IMG/VR virus record: IMGVR_UViG_3300005673_000301
Length of the DNA: 64,000 bases
Origin: a virus
Reading direction: 5' to 3' (one strand)
Part shown: piece by piece, positions 38,312 through 48,723 of the stretch
Layout: every line of letters starts with the position of its first letter
Position numbering within the stretch: position 1 is the stretch's first letter
Position numbers and translations under genes: made by a program
The notes under the pieces: model-generated
Told to the model about the DNA's origin: nothing
Databases searched by the model: none
The model's input: only the letters and a program-made list of their open reading frames with translations

Positions 38312-39241
38312 TTGATTCGGGAATCAGCCCGAGTCGACATATACGGTGTGAACGACGAACATTTCGTGATCAATGGTGCGGGTGCGTCGGAGAAGCTTTT
38401 TCTGGCAACAGACGTTAAAGGCATCTACGACGCTCCCGTCACTACGAAACGGAAAAGTTCGGCGTTCGAACGTGGGTCGACTTATCAGGGCAAGAAGTTT
38501 GAGCAACGCGATATAACGTTCGCAGTCAACATCAAGGGCGACAACCCGGAAGAGTGGGAAGAACTCGATTCCGCGTGGCGTAAGGCGTGGGATTTCGAAC
38601 CTGACCCGTACGATCCGGCGTCGAAGTTGACGAAGATGTCGATCACGACACCGAGGTCGGGGACTCGGAGCCTGTATTTGGCGTTCGTGTCGAGCCCGGA
38701 GTTCGATTCGAAACACGACCCGCATATTACGGGGTCGTCGATTGTGCCGATGCAGGTGGCGGCGGATCAACCGTTCTGGTTCGAAGACAAGTACGAGACA
38801 GAACCGTACGACTATTTCGAGACCGGGTCGTCGGGGACGTCGACGGGGTTTGTGTCTATCGCCAACCCAACTGATCAACCGATGTTCTTGAAATGGGTGG
38901 TCACTCGCGGCAGGTGGGAACTACCCGATTTTCAGTGGGTGGGGAAGAAGTATCACCGGGTGCCGGGTGGGGAGTGGGCGAACCGCAGGATCACGCTCCC
39001 ATTGTTGGGGGCGGTTGAGGGTGGTGCCCGCGTCAATCTGGAGCGCGGGAAACTCATGATCCGCGACTTCAACTCAACCAACCTTATCGGTCGCATGAAT
39101 GGCATCTACTTCATTCACAAGGTGCCACCGTACACCCCCGAAACCGCAGTGCCAGTGAAAGTAGATGATGCACCGGCGGGTGGGGCTCGGGTGGAAGTGT
39201 ATTGCCAACGCAGGTGGGGTCGCGCATGGGGATTGCAGTAA
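38312..39241 (+). CDS. Minor tail protein (distal tail-like)
   Basis: First gene after tape measure; NPTDQPMFLKW. Confidence 0.8.
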   Translation: MIRESARVDIYGVNDEHFVINGAGASEKLFLATDVKGIYDAPVTTKRKSSAFERGSTYQGKKFEQRDITFAVNIKGDNPEEWEELDSAWRKAWDFEPDPYDPASKLTKMSITTPRSGTRSLYLAFVSSPEFDSKHDPHITGSSIVPMQVAADQPFWFEDKYETEPYDYFETGSSGTSTGFVSIANPTDQPMFLKWVVTRGRWELPDFQWVGKKYHRVPGGEWANRRITLPLLGAVEGGARVNLERGKLMIRDFNSTNLIGRMNGIYFIHKVPPYTPETAVPVKVDDAPAGGARVEVYCQRRWGRAWGLQ

Positions 39242-39255
39242 GAGGGCGGTGACGA

Positions 39256-40956
39256 ATGGTTGATATCACGACACTGTCTTTGAAAGAGCAATGCGAAGCC
39301 ATTTGGGCGGCCACCGAAGCCCAGGAAGAAGCGGATGCTCGAGCCCGCCGCGAACCACCACTGGTGCGGTTGTGGGACGGTGACTGGAACCTCGCAGGGA
39401 TTGTCGAAACCGAATACACGGCCGAGTTCACGTGGATCGACAACGAGTCCGGTACCGGACTGATCGAGATCCCGTTGACCGACCCCCTTGCACGCTGGAT
39501 TTGGCAGGTCAAGGATCGTGTCGAGTCCGGCGGCAAACGCAACGTGCATATCACCGTCGACAAGGACGGTGCACGGTGGTCGGGCCGGTTGCATGACCAT
39601 TCTGTTGAAAAAAGAGAAGACGGCACCCGCGTATTAGTTGTGCGTTTCATGCACGACTATGAGACGTTGAAATACTATCTCGTCTGGTGTAACCCGTTCC
39701 TGCCGTCGATCGTGCAATTTCCGCGATTGTTTCTGCTGGCAGGGCCCAGTATTTGGTGCCTCAAAACCGCATTGTTTCTGAACATTATGCGGGAGCAGCA
39801 GAACCTTTGGCAGCTCCCGGATGACCCTATGTCGCAAACGGGCGGCGGCCCCGGAATGTCAAATTGGAGTGTGGTTGTCAAACCGACCACTTTCATGCAA
39901 GACATGATGGCCGGAACATTATGGTCGGTGCCGACCAGCCGGTTCAAATACTGGCATGACATGGCGAAAGACATCCTGGAAGACTCCGAACTCTCGGTTC
40001 GTGTCCGACGGTTCATCGCCACCGACGACGACCAACCGATCCCCGGTGAAACACTCCGCAACGGCACCCTTGTTGTCGATATTGTCGACCAGTCCGGGTA
40101 TTACACCGACACCAGCAACGGCGGTAATCCGTTCACTGGTTTGGCGCGCACGTTCGCTAAGTTCACCGAAGATTTCATCGACACTGTTCAAGAGCCGATT
40201 GTGGACCCGGTTGTCCCGGATTCGTACAAGATACCTGGGCAACGGTTGACCGAGAAAACGTGCCCGTACGTCGTCTATTTGGATGGCGACGAAACCGGCA
40301 TCGAGTCGGGTCGGTTCATTTACACACCGGCTACTGCGGTGCAGATTGTTGTGGGCGGGCATTCGATGCCGTTCGTCAACGAACTCATTTCCGCAGGAAT
40401 TCAAACTGTGGGCGATCTGATCGCCATGATGATCGGTGTTCCACCGGTTGGTGGCGCTGTCGACGCTGTTCTGCGTCCCCTTTACTGGGATGTGCTGTTG
40501 GCGTGGATGAACATCAAATCCAACGCTCGCGCATCGAATGCGGGATGGTCCCGATACTGGGAATACTTCGCTGACGGAGCGGACCGCGCATACACGTTGG
40601 AAGCGTTGATGGCGATCCGTGCAGGATTCCACAACACCCGCTCCTGGTTCTCGCACGAACTGGTGGTCCGTGATGGTGCGCCATGGTTTATCGGCGACAA
40701 CGGTAAAGGCCACTACTTTATCGGTGACCGTATCGGCGCCCAGCATGTCGGGGATTTCACGGGCAACGATTTCGGCGGCGATTTCACAATCTACGTCGAC
40801 CGTGTCCGCGAACTCACCCTCGCATGGGATCGAGAGTCTATGCCCGAGTGGCGGCCGGTGATCGGCGAGGCCGAGAAGAACAAGGACCGTGGGGCGCGGG
40901 CGTTGTCGTTCATTTCTGGTATCGCGGCAGCGGTTCAACAGTTGATGGTCCACTAG
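39256..40956 (+). CDS. Minor tail protein (baseplate hub-like)
   Basis: PPLVRLWDGDW, NPFLP, GHYFIGDRIG typical of actinophage gp28-like proteins. Confidence 0.85.
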   Translation: MVDITTLSLKEQCEAIWAATEAQEEADARARREPPLVRLWDGDWNLAGIVETEYTAEFTWIDNESGTGLIEIPLTDPLARWIWQVKDRVESGGKRNVHITVDKDGARWSGRLHDHSVEKREDGTRVLVVRFMHDYETLKYYLVWCNPFLPSIVQFPRLFLLAGPSIWCLKTALFLNIMREQQNLWQLPDDPMSQTGGGPGMSNWSVVVKPTTFMQDMMAGTLWSVPTSRFKYWHDMAKDILEDSELSVRVRRFIATDDDQPIPGETLRNGTLVVDIVDQSGYYTDTSNGGNPFTGLARTFAKFTEDFIDTVQEPIVDPVVPDSYKIPGQRLTEKTCPYVVYLDGDETGIESGRFIYTPATAVQIVVGGHSMPFVNELISAGIQTVGDLIAMMIGVPPVGGAVDAVLRPLYWDVLLAWMNIKSNARASNAGWSRYWEYFADGADRAYTLEALMAIRAGFHNTRSWFSHELVVRDGAPWFIGDNGKGHYFIGDRIGAQHVGDFTGNDFGGDFTIYVDRVRELTLAWDRESMPEWRPVIGEAEKNKDRGARALSFISGIAAAVQQLMVH

Positions 40957-40969
40957 GAGTTGATCAAAT

Positions 40970-41641
40970 ATGAGTGACGTGGTGGACCTGTCGAAGGTCG
41001 ATACGAGCTCGTGGTTGCCGGAGGGCGAGTTCCCGACACAGGGACGGTGCAACCCGAATTGTCCCGAGGAAGCGTTCTTGTGGATGTATTCGGGTTTGCC
41101 GGGCATGAACGGTGCCCCACTCCCGTTCCCGATCGAGTATTTGCGGATGGTGTCTCGCCGTCAATGGGATTGTGGGGCACGCCCACCGGGGGCGGTGATC
41201 CCTCCCGAACAGAAGGTGAAGTATCAGCGTCCGCAGAACACGGACCCGCATTGGTTGACGTCGCCGGGTGTGTGGGTGGATGTGAACGATCCGGAGCGGG
41301 AACACTTCGATATCAAGGAGTTCGTTCAGTCGTTGCCGCAGGACGCGAAACGGCAGTTGGCGGAGAACCTTGGGTTTGATCCTGTGGCTGCGGTGCCGTC
41401 GGATGACGACATTGTGGAGGGGTATAGCACGCCACGCTATGGGCGGCCGTCTAGTGATGGTGCGTCGGTGAGTAACGATCCGTTGCCGTTCGACCCGGTG
41501 TTGCGGACGGTGACCGAGGTTGTGGCGTATCTGCGTGACGCCGATCCGGAGGAGCGGGAGCGGGTGTTGGTGATCGAGAAGAACCTCGGCAATGCACGGC
41601 GCGGCATTTTGAAACGTTTCCCTGAGGCGGCAGACCTATGA
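40970..41641 (+). CDS. Minor tail-associated protein (gp29/DUF2744-like)
   Basis: PEEAFLWMYSGLPG...WDCGAR...PGVWV. Confidence 0.7.
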   Translation: MSDVVDLSKVDTSSWLPEGEFPTQGRCNPNCPEEAFLWMYSGLPGMNGAPLPFPIEYLRMVSRRQWDCGARPPGAVIPPEQKVKYQRPQNTDPHWLTSPGVWVDVNDPEREHFDIKEFVQSLPQDAKRQLAENLGFDPVAAVPSDDDIVEGYSTPRYGRPSSDGASVSNDPLPFDPVLRTVTEVVAYLRDADPEERERVLVIEKNLGNARRGILKRFPEAADL

Positions 41642-43128
41642 GGTTGATTGATCACGCCGCGGGGCGTGTGGGCGCGGACGCAGCCAGGGCTGCTGGGTTC
41701 GATGGCGCTATCCGGTATTTGGCGAACAGTCCTGATCGTGGCCTGCCGAACAAGATCCTGTTGCCTGAGGAGGCGGCACGGTATCTCGAGTTGGGGATGC
41801 CGTTGGTGTCGAACTGGCAGCGCGGGAAGCATGCGACGGCGGATTGGCGTCGCGGTTTCGCTGGCGGGGTGGAGGATGCGCAGGCTGCGCAAGCCCATCA
41901 TGCGGCGTGTGGTGGCCCGGATCATGCGCCGATCTATTTCAGTGTCGATGAGGACGTGAACCTTTCGACGTGGAACAGCCTGGTTTTGCCGTATCTGAAT
42001 GGGGCTGCGTCGGTGATTGGCCGGCATCGGGTTGGCGTGTATGGCGGTCAGCGTTCGATGTGGTGGGCCGATGAGGACGGGTTCCCGTTCAGGTGGCAGA
42101 CGAAATCCTGGTCGCGTTACGACGCGCAGGGCCGTTGGAATTCGAGTCTGCCGGTGCAGTGGGTTCCGGGGTGTCAGTTGCGGCAGGAACGTGTCGACGA
42201 GGACCGGATCAACGGTATCGGTATCGACGTCAACACCGTGTGGGCCACCGATTTTGGGCAGTGGCAGTACGACCGCAGCCCTGTAGGGCAGGAGAGGCCC
42301 GTGTCTATCAAACCTAATCCGGGTCATCGTGGTGATCCGTTGTTTCTGCCTGATGTGTTGCGGGCGTTCGGACTGAAGGTGTGGGAGGACCCGGGTTGGC
42401 GTACGCGCGGCCATGGGGATTTCAACCAGATTCAGGGCGTTATCGCTCACCATACTGCGGGCGGCGGTAGTAACGACTGGTTGGTCGTTCGTGACGGCCG
42501 TACCGGGTTGGCTGGACCGTTGTCGCAGTTGGTACTTGAGAAGGACGGCACCTACCGGGTGGTGGCTGCTGGTGTGGCTTGGCATGCCGGTTCGGGGTCG
42601 TGGCGGAATTGGCCGAAGAACAACGCGAACTGGACGACTATCGGTATCGAGGCGGTGTCTAAGGGAACTCCTCCGTATGACTGGACTGCCGCGCAGTTGG
42701 ATGCGTATGTGCGTGGGGTTGGTGCGATTCTCTGGTATTTGGGGTTGGACGCTAACAGTGTCGCGGCGCATCGTGAGTATTCGAGCGAGGGCAAGATCGA
42801 CCCGGCTGGTATCGACATGGGTTGGTTCCGGTCTGAGGTTCAGAAGATTATCGATGCCGGGCCTTCCGGCGATAGCGAGGAGGCCGAACTGATGGCTATT
42901 CGTTTCAAGAACTATAAGGGCACCGAGGTTGATATTCAGACGGTGCTGTTTTACATGGATAAGCATGTGAACGAGATCCGTGAGCAGTTGGGTGGGCCGA
43001 AGCCTTTCACGGGTTGGCCGCAGTTGGGCGACAAGACTGTTGTTGATTCGCTGGCTGATGCTCACAACAAGATCGATGCGTTGACGGCGTGTGTTCAGGC
43101 GCTGGTGGACTTGCATAGCAAGCCCTGA
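41638..43128 (+). CDS. lysA: Endolysin (lysin A): DUF1906-type glycoside hydrolase + amidase_2 + C-terminal binding domain
   Basis: PIYFSVDED, VGVYG; AHHTAG, AWHAG, IGIEA, AHREY..GKIDP; GWPQLG. Confidence 0.9.
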   Translation: MRLIDHAAGRVGADAARAAGFDGAIRYLANSPDRGLPNKILLPEEAARYLELGMPLVSNWQRGKHATADWRRGFAGGVEDAQAAQAHHAACGGPDHAPIYFSVDEDVNLSTWNSLVLPYLNGAASVIGRHRVGVYGGQRSMWWADEDGFPFRWQTKSWSRYDAQGRWNSSLPVQWVPGCQLRQERVDEDRINGIGIDVNTVWATDFGQWQYDRSPVGQERPVSIKPNPGHRGDPLFLPDVLRAFGLKVWEDPGWRTRGHGDFNQIQGVIAHHTAGGGSNDWLVVRDGRTGLAGPLSQLVLEKDGTYRVVAAGVAWHAGSGSWRNWPKNNANWTTIGIEAVSKGTPPYDWTAAQLDAYVRGVGAILWYLGLDANSVAAHREYSSEGKIDPAGIDMGWFRSEVQKIIDAGPSGDSEEAELMAIRFKNYKGTEVDIQTVLFYMDKHVNEIREQLGGPKPFTGWPQLGDKTVVDSLADAHNKIDALTACVQALVDLHSKP

Positions 43129-43169
43129 CCCTTTTCTCCTCCCTCTCTTACTGTATTCGAGGTTTTCTG

Positions 43170-43514
43170 ATGGCTTCTTTTGATTCTGTCCGCGATGTTA
43201 CTGCGGATGTGCGTGGCCGTATTTATGCGACGCTCGGTTCGGTTCAGGTTCTCCTGGTCACTCTCGGCCTTTTGAATGATGCTGATGCCGCGTTGTGGGC
43301 CGGTGCTGTAGCTGCGGTCGTTGGTTTCGGTTTGGCGGGCGTCAATTCGACGTCGACGTGGCGGACCTGGCTTTACGGTGTGCTGGGTGCTGCGCAGCCG
43401 CTCCTGGTTGCGTACAGCGTTGTGAATGATGCGCAGGCGTCGGCTGTGGCCGCGGTTGTGTCTGCGGCACTCGGTTTGGGTGTTGCTGCCGCTAAAACCC
43501 CTCACATCGAGTGA
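43170..43514 (+). CDS. Holin
   Basis: Several transmembrane segments directly after lysin; internal duplication RGRIYA/RTWLYG. Confidence 0.75.
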   Translation: MASFDSVRDVTADVRGRIYATLGSVQVLLVTLGLLNDADAALWAGAVAAVVGFGLAGVNSTSTWRTWLYGVLGAAQPLLVAYSVVNDAQASAVAAVVSAALGLGVAAAKTPHIE

Positions 43515-43972
43515 TGGCGCGGGCAGACATCGCCCGCAGGTGGTCTCGGATTGTGAAGCTTCGGGTCAGTTTGATCTGGCCCGAGGTGGTCGCTATCCAG
43601 GCTTGTGTGCTGGTTGCGGCCATGCTGCGGGGGGTTGACTATTTGACTCGCCCGTTGGGGTCGTCGCGTGGCCTGTCGGTGATTGAGCAGGCGATGCCGA
43701 TCACGGTGTGGGGCTGGTTTTTCCTGGTCGGTGGCGCGGTCGGTTTGCTTGGTTTGGTGTCGGATCGGTGGCCGCTGTCCGCGTTGGGTCATGCGTGTTT
43801 GGCGTGCGTGTATTCGGGGTTTGCGGTGGGCGCGTTCATTGAGGTGTTTTCGCGGTCTCCGATTGAGGGGTGGCGCACTCCTGCGGATTGGGTGTTGGTG
43901 TTCGCGGTGATTCATTGGGGGTTCGCGGACGCGGCGTTGGATGTGTGGCGGGAGAGGCGGCGAGGTGGGTGA
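43511..43972 (+). CDS. Membrane protein (lysis cassette)
   Basis: About four transmembrane segments; RGVDYL. Confidence 0.7.
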   Translation: MMARADIARRWSRIVKLRVSLIWPEVVAIQACVLVAAMLRGVDYLTRPLGSSRGLSVIEQAMPITVWGWFFLVGGAVGLLGLVSDRWPLSALGHACLACVYSGFAVGAFIEVFSRSPIEGWRTPADWVLVFAVIHWGFADAALDVWRERRRGG

Positions 43973-44372
43973 TTTCACGCAGGCGTTGGAGAATGCGCCT
44001 GAGTGGCTGGTGCTCGTTGTCGTTCTTGTTGTTGCGTTCAATTTCATTGGCAGGGTTTTAGCTGAGGCGTCTGAGTCGTGGGCGCGTGTGTTGGGTCCTT
44101 TGGGTCGGCGGTGGCGTGCTCGTGGTTTGCGTAGGCAGCGTGAGCGGGCTGAGTTGGCGGAGGATCGTAGTCGCGATTTGGATGATTTGCGCCGTCAGAA
44201 CGACTATTTGGCGTGTCAGTTGAATTCGTGCCGTGCTGAGCATGAGCCTAAAGATCATTTTATCGAGTATGACGCGCGTTGGCATCGTGAGGTGAGTTTG
44301 CGCGCGATTGAGGCGGGTTGTGAAGTTCCCGCGCATTTGTCGTTCCTCCAGTGGCGGCAACAGAACAGCTAA
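43965..44372 (+). CDS. Membrane protein (lysis cassette)
   Basis: N-terminal transmembrane segment then coiled coil. Confidence 0.65.
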   Translation: MGDFTQALENAPEWLVLVVVLVVAFNFIGRVLAEASESWARVLGPLGRRWRARGLRRQRERAELAEDRSRDLDDLRRQNDYLACQLNSCRAEHEPKDHFIEYDARWHREVSLRAIEAGCEVPAHLSFLQWRQQNS

Positions 44373-44393
44373 AAGGAATGGGGGTGATTCCTG

Positions 44394-45254
44394 GTGACTG
44401 CCCCTAATCAGCCTACTCCTGATGGCGCTATCCCTGTTGGTGGGTTTCGTTCGTTTCAGTTGATGACTGAGAATGACGCGAAGTCGGCTATGAAGGGCGG
44501 CGTTCTGGGGTCGTTCGGTAACGCCCAGAACACGCACAACGATCAGGTTAAGACCCCAATCGGGGAGCGTCCGAAATTCACGCAAACACCGATCAACATG
44601 TCTCTTTGGGGAACGATGAACCCGAAAGAGCACAGCACCGTTCCGCGCTCGTTGTTGATCAGCGGAACAGCCTCCGGGACCGCGACAGGCGGTTCTGGAG
44701 ACAATTCGCACTCGCACAGCCTGAACCGCATCCCTGACTATCAGCCAGACGGCAACAATATCGACGAAGGCGAATGCGGATTCATCCGGCTAACGCGTGA
44801 CGCGAAACTCAAGTATGTGGGGTTGGCTACAGGAGACTCGAACAACTGGTTCGGTATTCAAGCAGCCTTTATTGGCGTGTATTCGGTGAACCAGGACACG
44901 GGTCTGCTTACCCTGCTGACCCCGACTCTGGCCGCTTCTGACATCAAAGGCCAGATTCTGACGAGCAATACCGAGTTCGCGTTCGATATGGGTGTCACGA
45001 TCGACGGCAAGCAGGACGACGTTTATGCGGTGATCACCTTGCAGGACACGACGCTCGTGCAAACAACGGGGGCTCTGATGTGCGCCCGGGTTACGAAGAC
45101 TGGTCGCTGGAATGGCAACCAGCACCCGCCGTTTCAGTACTGCTACACGGATGTGACCAGTGGGGACAGGCTTCCTTCCTCAATCCCCGCCGCTAATCAG
45201 TATTGGAACAACAACCCGATGACGGTGCCGTTCTATTTTCTTCGGGAGGAATGA
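44394..45254 (+). CDS. Minor tail protein
   Basis: MTAPNQPTPDGA start typical of actinophage minor tail proteins. Confidence 0.65.
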   Translation: MTAPNQPTPDGAIPVGGFRSFQLMTENDAKSAMKGGVLGSFGNAQNTHNDQVKTPIGERPKFTQTPINMSLWGTMNPKEHSTVPRSLLISGTASGTATGGSGDNSHSHSLNRIPDYQPDGNNIDEGECGFIRLTRDAKLKYVGLATGDSNNWFGIQAAFIGVYSVNQDTGLLTLLTPTLAASDIKGQILTSNTEFAFDMGVTIDGKQDDVYAVITLQDTTLVQTTGALMCARVTKTGRWNGNQHPPFQYCYTDVTSGDRLPSSIPAANQYWNNNPMTVPFYFLREE

Positions 45255-45748
45255 TGGCGCGCCTGAATTGGGAGGGCGCTACCCCTCCGTTGCAACACCC
45301 TGAAGACCCGCTGAGATTCGTGAAGGACTTCCTGTACGGAGTCGTGTTGGACAAGCTCGGCATATGTCGATTCACCAGGTTTGATGCGCAACCAGACGAC
45401 GTGAAATACGTGTACAACAAGGTCGTTCCAGCCTTGGTGCAGGCGATCCTGGCTGATGACCCCGACTTCAACCCGGACAATGACTGGATCACGGGGAAAC
45501 GTCCTCCCACTGTCGCAGTCGGCACTGGCGCGGTCCGCTGGTTCGTGGAGATACAAGAGTCCGCCAAAGCGATTTTCGAGATGTCCCCGGACGCGAAAGC
45601 GTCGGCCTTGTTCGAGCGCATGTACGCAGCGAGCCCCCGCGCGGGATGTTTCCTGGACGATTTGCGTGTCGCATTGATGAAGGGCGACCCGGACTGGCGC
45701 GGACCCTACGTGCAAGAAAACCGAGGACTGCCACATGACAATCGGTAA
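45251..45748 (+). CDS. Hypothetical protein (tail region)
   Basis: GGAGG RBS; coupled. Confidence 0.65.
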   Translation: MMARLNWEGATPPLQHPEDPLRFVKDFLYGVVLDKLGICRFTRFDAQPDDVKYVYNKVVPALVQAILADDPDFNPDNDWITGKRPPTVAVGTGAVRWFVEIQESAKAIFEMSPDAKASALFERMYAASPRAGCFLDDLRVALMKGDPDWRGPYVQENRGLPHDNR

Positions 45749-46043
45749 CACACCACTGCTCGAAACGATGGTTCTCGTGCCAGGGCAGGATTTCGTGCAC
45801 GAAATCCGGATGCCCATTGGTGAATCAGTCCCGATGGGCACTACCTGCGAACTGACCATCTACGACATCCATGACGAAGTCTTAGAGAACTGGAATGCGG
45901 ACGTGACCTCTAACGCGGTGTCGTGGAACGTCGCATCCGAGGTGTCGGACACGATCAACCTGCCCGCGAAATTCCGTATCTATGTCCACTATTCGGACGG
46001 TAAAGACTTCTGCTGGTACGCGGGATACGTCACCCGCGCCTGA
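45735..46043 (+). CDS. LtfC-like tail-region protein
   Basis: LVPGQDFV...W...CWYAGYVTR. Confidence 0.6.
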   Translation: MTIGNTPLLETMVLVPGQDFVHEIRMPIGESVPMGTTCELTIYDIHDEVLENWNADVTSNAVSWNVASEVSDTINLPAKFRIYVHYSDGKDFCWYAGYVTRA

Positions 46044-46101
46044 CTTTCTCTTCCTCCCTTTTCTTTTCGACCCGATTCGTCGGTGTATTTGAGGTGCACT
46101 C

Positions 46102-46455
46102 ATGGCCATTGCTGTTGGTACAACCCGCCAGGTCCTGGCGGACGCGTATAAGAATCTTGCTGGCAGCGCCCAAGTCTGGGTGAGTCTGCACACCGGCGAC
46201 CCCGGTACCACCGGCACCAGCGAAGCGTCCGGCGGCGGTTATGCGCGTGTGCAGGGCACTTGGACGTCTGGAACTGGCGGCGCACTCACTATGGGGGAGC
46301 TGACGTTCACGGCCCCAGCGGGTGCGTACAGCTATGTCGGACTGTGGTCGGCATCCAGCAGCGGCACCTTCTATGACAAAGCCTCCCTGTCTCCGACGAT
46401 CACGCTCGGCGGTACCGGTCCGATCAAGGTCACGCCCGCGTTCGCAGTCAGCTAA
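46102..46455 (+). CDS. Minor tail/fibre protein
   Basis: SLHTGDPGTTG..EASGGGYAR motif. Confidence 0.7.
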   Translation: MAIAVGTTRQVLADAYKNLAGSAQVWVSLHTGDPGTTGTSEASGGGYARVQGTWTSGTGGALTMGELTFTAPAGAYSYVGLWSASSSGTFYDKASLSPTITLGGTGPIKVTPAFAVS

Positions 46456-46467
46456 CGAGAGGCCGTC

Positions 46468-47367
46468 ATGTCGTTGCCGCACGGAACATTGTGGCGGGCA
46501 GTTCTCCCTGACGGCGGTCGATCCACACGGGAACTCCCTGCCGGTACCCGCGGACGTCTCCCCGCGTCAGCATTGCATCACCCGCCGCCGATTATCCCAT
46601 TCACTGCCGAAGGAATTCTGACGGCAGTTGCTGCTCCGGCGGCGACTGCCCTGTTTACTGCTGAAGGCTTGTTGTCGGCGCTGGGCGTTCCTGTCGCGAC
46701 GGCGGGGTTCAGCGGCGAAGGCAACTTGACGGCCCCGCAGAACGAAGCGGACGCGTTGTTTGAGGCCGTGGGTGCATTGACCGCGTCAGCGATTCCGGCC
46801 GCTACCGCCCTGTTCTCGACGACGGGCCTATTCGCAACTGCAGGAGCTGCGCAAGCGACGGCAGCTTTCTCCGCGACCGGCTCACTGTCCGCCAGCGGCT
46901 ATCCGACCGCGACCGCTGACTTCTCTGGTGGTGGTGCATTGTCCGCCGCCGCGACAGTGTTCACCCCAACTGGGATGACGAAGAATGGGACGCAACCGTG
47001 GGGCGGCCAATCCTACGTCCCGGTCACCGGGTGGGTAGCAAACACCGGAGCGTATCCGGGGTCATCCGTGGTTTCCGACAAGCTCGTGGTTGAGGGCTCC
47101 AAAACCGGTGCCACGATTTCCGCTCAGGTTGCGTTCTCCGGGGGCTCTTTCTCGCTTGGCCACACGATCCGACTCGTCGACCAGAACAACACGGTCATCG
47201 GGTCACCAGGCGCGACGGTGACCGGCCAATCCGGCACTTGCACCGTCACCGCTGCTGATGTGGATCTCGCTGCCATCACCCACGTCGGGGTGCAGATGCT
47301 CCTGACGTTCAGCTCTGGCGGCGGCACGGTGACGGCGGGCGCTAACACATTCCTGACCATCACCTAA
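46468..47367 (+). CDS. Minor tail protein
   Basis: Ala/Thr/Gly-rich F.A.G.L.A repeats; GMTKNG...GAYPGS. Confidence 0.7.
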   Translation: MSLPHGTLWRAVLPDGGRSTRELPAGTRGRLPASALHHPPPIIPFTAEGILTAVAAPAATALFTAEGLLSALGVPVATAGFSGEGNLTAPQNEADALFEAVGALTASAIPAATALFSTTGLFATAGAAQATAAFSATGSLSASGYPTATADFSGGGALSAAATVFTPTGMTKNGTQPWGGQSYVPVTGWVANTGAYPGSSVVSDKLVVEGSKTGATISAQVAFSGGSFSLGHTIRLVDQNNTVIGSPGATVTGQSGTCTVTAADVDLAAITHVGVQMLLTFSSGGGTVTAGANTFLTIT

Positions 47368-47388
47368 CTCCAAATTTGGAGGGCCTAC

Positions 47389-47748
47389 GTGTCCACGCCT
47401 TTGTTTCCCCCTCCACCAACACATTTGCTGCCGTTCTCGTGGCGGTCCGACCTCGTAGTCGACTTCGAAAACGTCGACCCCGACAGTCCCGACCCGGAAA
47501 ACCCCACACCCCTCGACTACGAAGACGGCGTCACCGGATACCTCGACCTACGCACCAACCCTGTGCAAAGGTTCCCCGCAGTCATCACAGGTGCACACGC
47601 GGTCGTGCGCATCGAATCCGAGATAGCGGACACCATCGGCGACAACAAACAATGGGTGTTCCTGCTCAGCTATCCGGGCACGCCGACGACTGAGGTTGCG
47701 GTAGCGAACGGTACAACGAAACGGTACGACGGGAAACCGGTCACCTGA
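47389..47748 (+). CDS. LtfC-like tail-region protein
   Basis: RIESEIADTI...GTTKRYDG. Confidence 0.6.
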   Translation: MSTPLFPPPPTHLLPFSWRSDLVVDFENVDPDSPDPENPTPLDYEDGVTGYLDLRTNPVQRFPAVITGAHAVVRIESEIADTIGDNKQWVFLLSYPGTPTTEVAVANGTTKRYDGKPVT

Positions 47749-47993
47749 TGGCAGTCACAATCCGGGTCACCGCGAAAACCGCGCGCGTACAAACCCAACC
47801 CGTCCACCCCATACACATCACCCCAACCGACGGGGCGCGTGTCGTTGTCGTCCCGAAACCAGGACCACCCGGCGAACCCGGCGCGGACGGGCATGTCGCG
47901 CCCGAAGACCTCGAACAGATCGTCGACGACGTTCTCGACGACCTCACACCACCAGTGAGCCTCGTCCTCCTATTCGAAAATGGCCTCGCCTGA
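47748..47993 (+). CDS. Short collagen-like tail protein
   Basis: PGPPGEPGADG; LLFENGLA. Confidence 0.6.
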   Translation: MAVTIRVTAKTARVQTQPVHPIHITPTDGARVVVVPKPGPPGEPGADGHVAPEDLEQIVDDVLDDLTPPVSLVLLFENGLA

Positions 47994-48003
47994 AGGGCTT
48001 TGA

Positions 48004-48723
48004 ATGTCTCTCGTAACACAAGTCAGTGACCTCGCCACCCGCACAGGCACCGAAATCAAAACGGTACGCACCGAAGTCGCCGCCACGACCGGCAACCTGG
48101 CATCGCTATCGACCACCACCAAAGACAACTTGGTCGCTGCGATCAACGAAGTCCTCTCCGCAGTCGGGTCTGGTGGCAGCATCGACGCCGACTCCATCAC
48201 CGACGCCACCACCATCGGCAAAGCACTGATCCGGGCCGCCAACGAAGCAGCCGCACGATCGGCGATCGGTGCCGGCACCTCCAACCTCGCACTCGGCACC
48301 ACTGCAGGCACCGCGAAAGCGGGCGACTACCAGCCCACCGCAGCGAACATCAGCGATTCGACGTCGACCGGTCGCGCGCTGCTCACCGCAGCATCCGCGA
48401 CAGCCGCCCGCGGCACACTCGACGTGTACTCCGAAGCTGAAGCCGATGCCGCGATCACCGCGGCAGTCAACAGCCTCATCGACGCCGCACCAGGCACACT
48501 CGACACACTCAACGAACTCGCCGCCGCGCTCGGTAACGACCCGAACTTCGCGACCACCGTGTCGACGGCGCTCGGGAACCGTGTCCGCGTCGACACCGCC
48601 GCTCAGGGGTTGAACAGCACGCAGCAGGGGAACGCGCGCACCAACATCGGTGCCGCATCCGCCGCTGATGTTGGTGACACGTCGAGCGACTTCGTTGCTG
48701 TCTTCGAAAGCGCCTTGACCTGA
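48004..48723 (+). CDS. Tail fibre protein
   Basis: LSTTTKDNLVAAINEV; APGTLDTLNELAAALGNDPNFATT. Confidence 0.8.
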   Translation: MSLVTQVSDLATRTGTEIKTVRTEVAATTGNLASLSTTTKDNLVAAINEVLSAVGSGGSIDADSITDATTIGKALIRAANEAAARSAIGAGTSNLALGTTAGTAKAGDYQPTAANISDSTSTGRALLTAASATAARGTLDVYSEAEADAAITAAVNSLIDAAPGTLDTLNELAAALGNDPNFATTVSTALGNRVRVDTAAQGLNSTQQGNARTNIGAASAADVGDTSSDFVAVFESALT

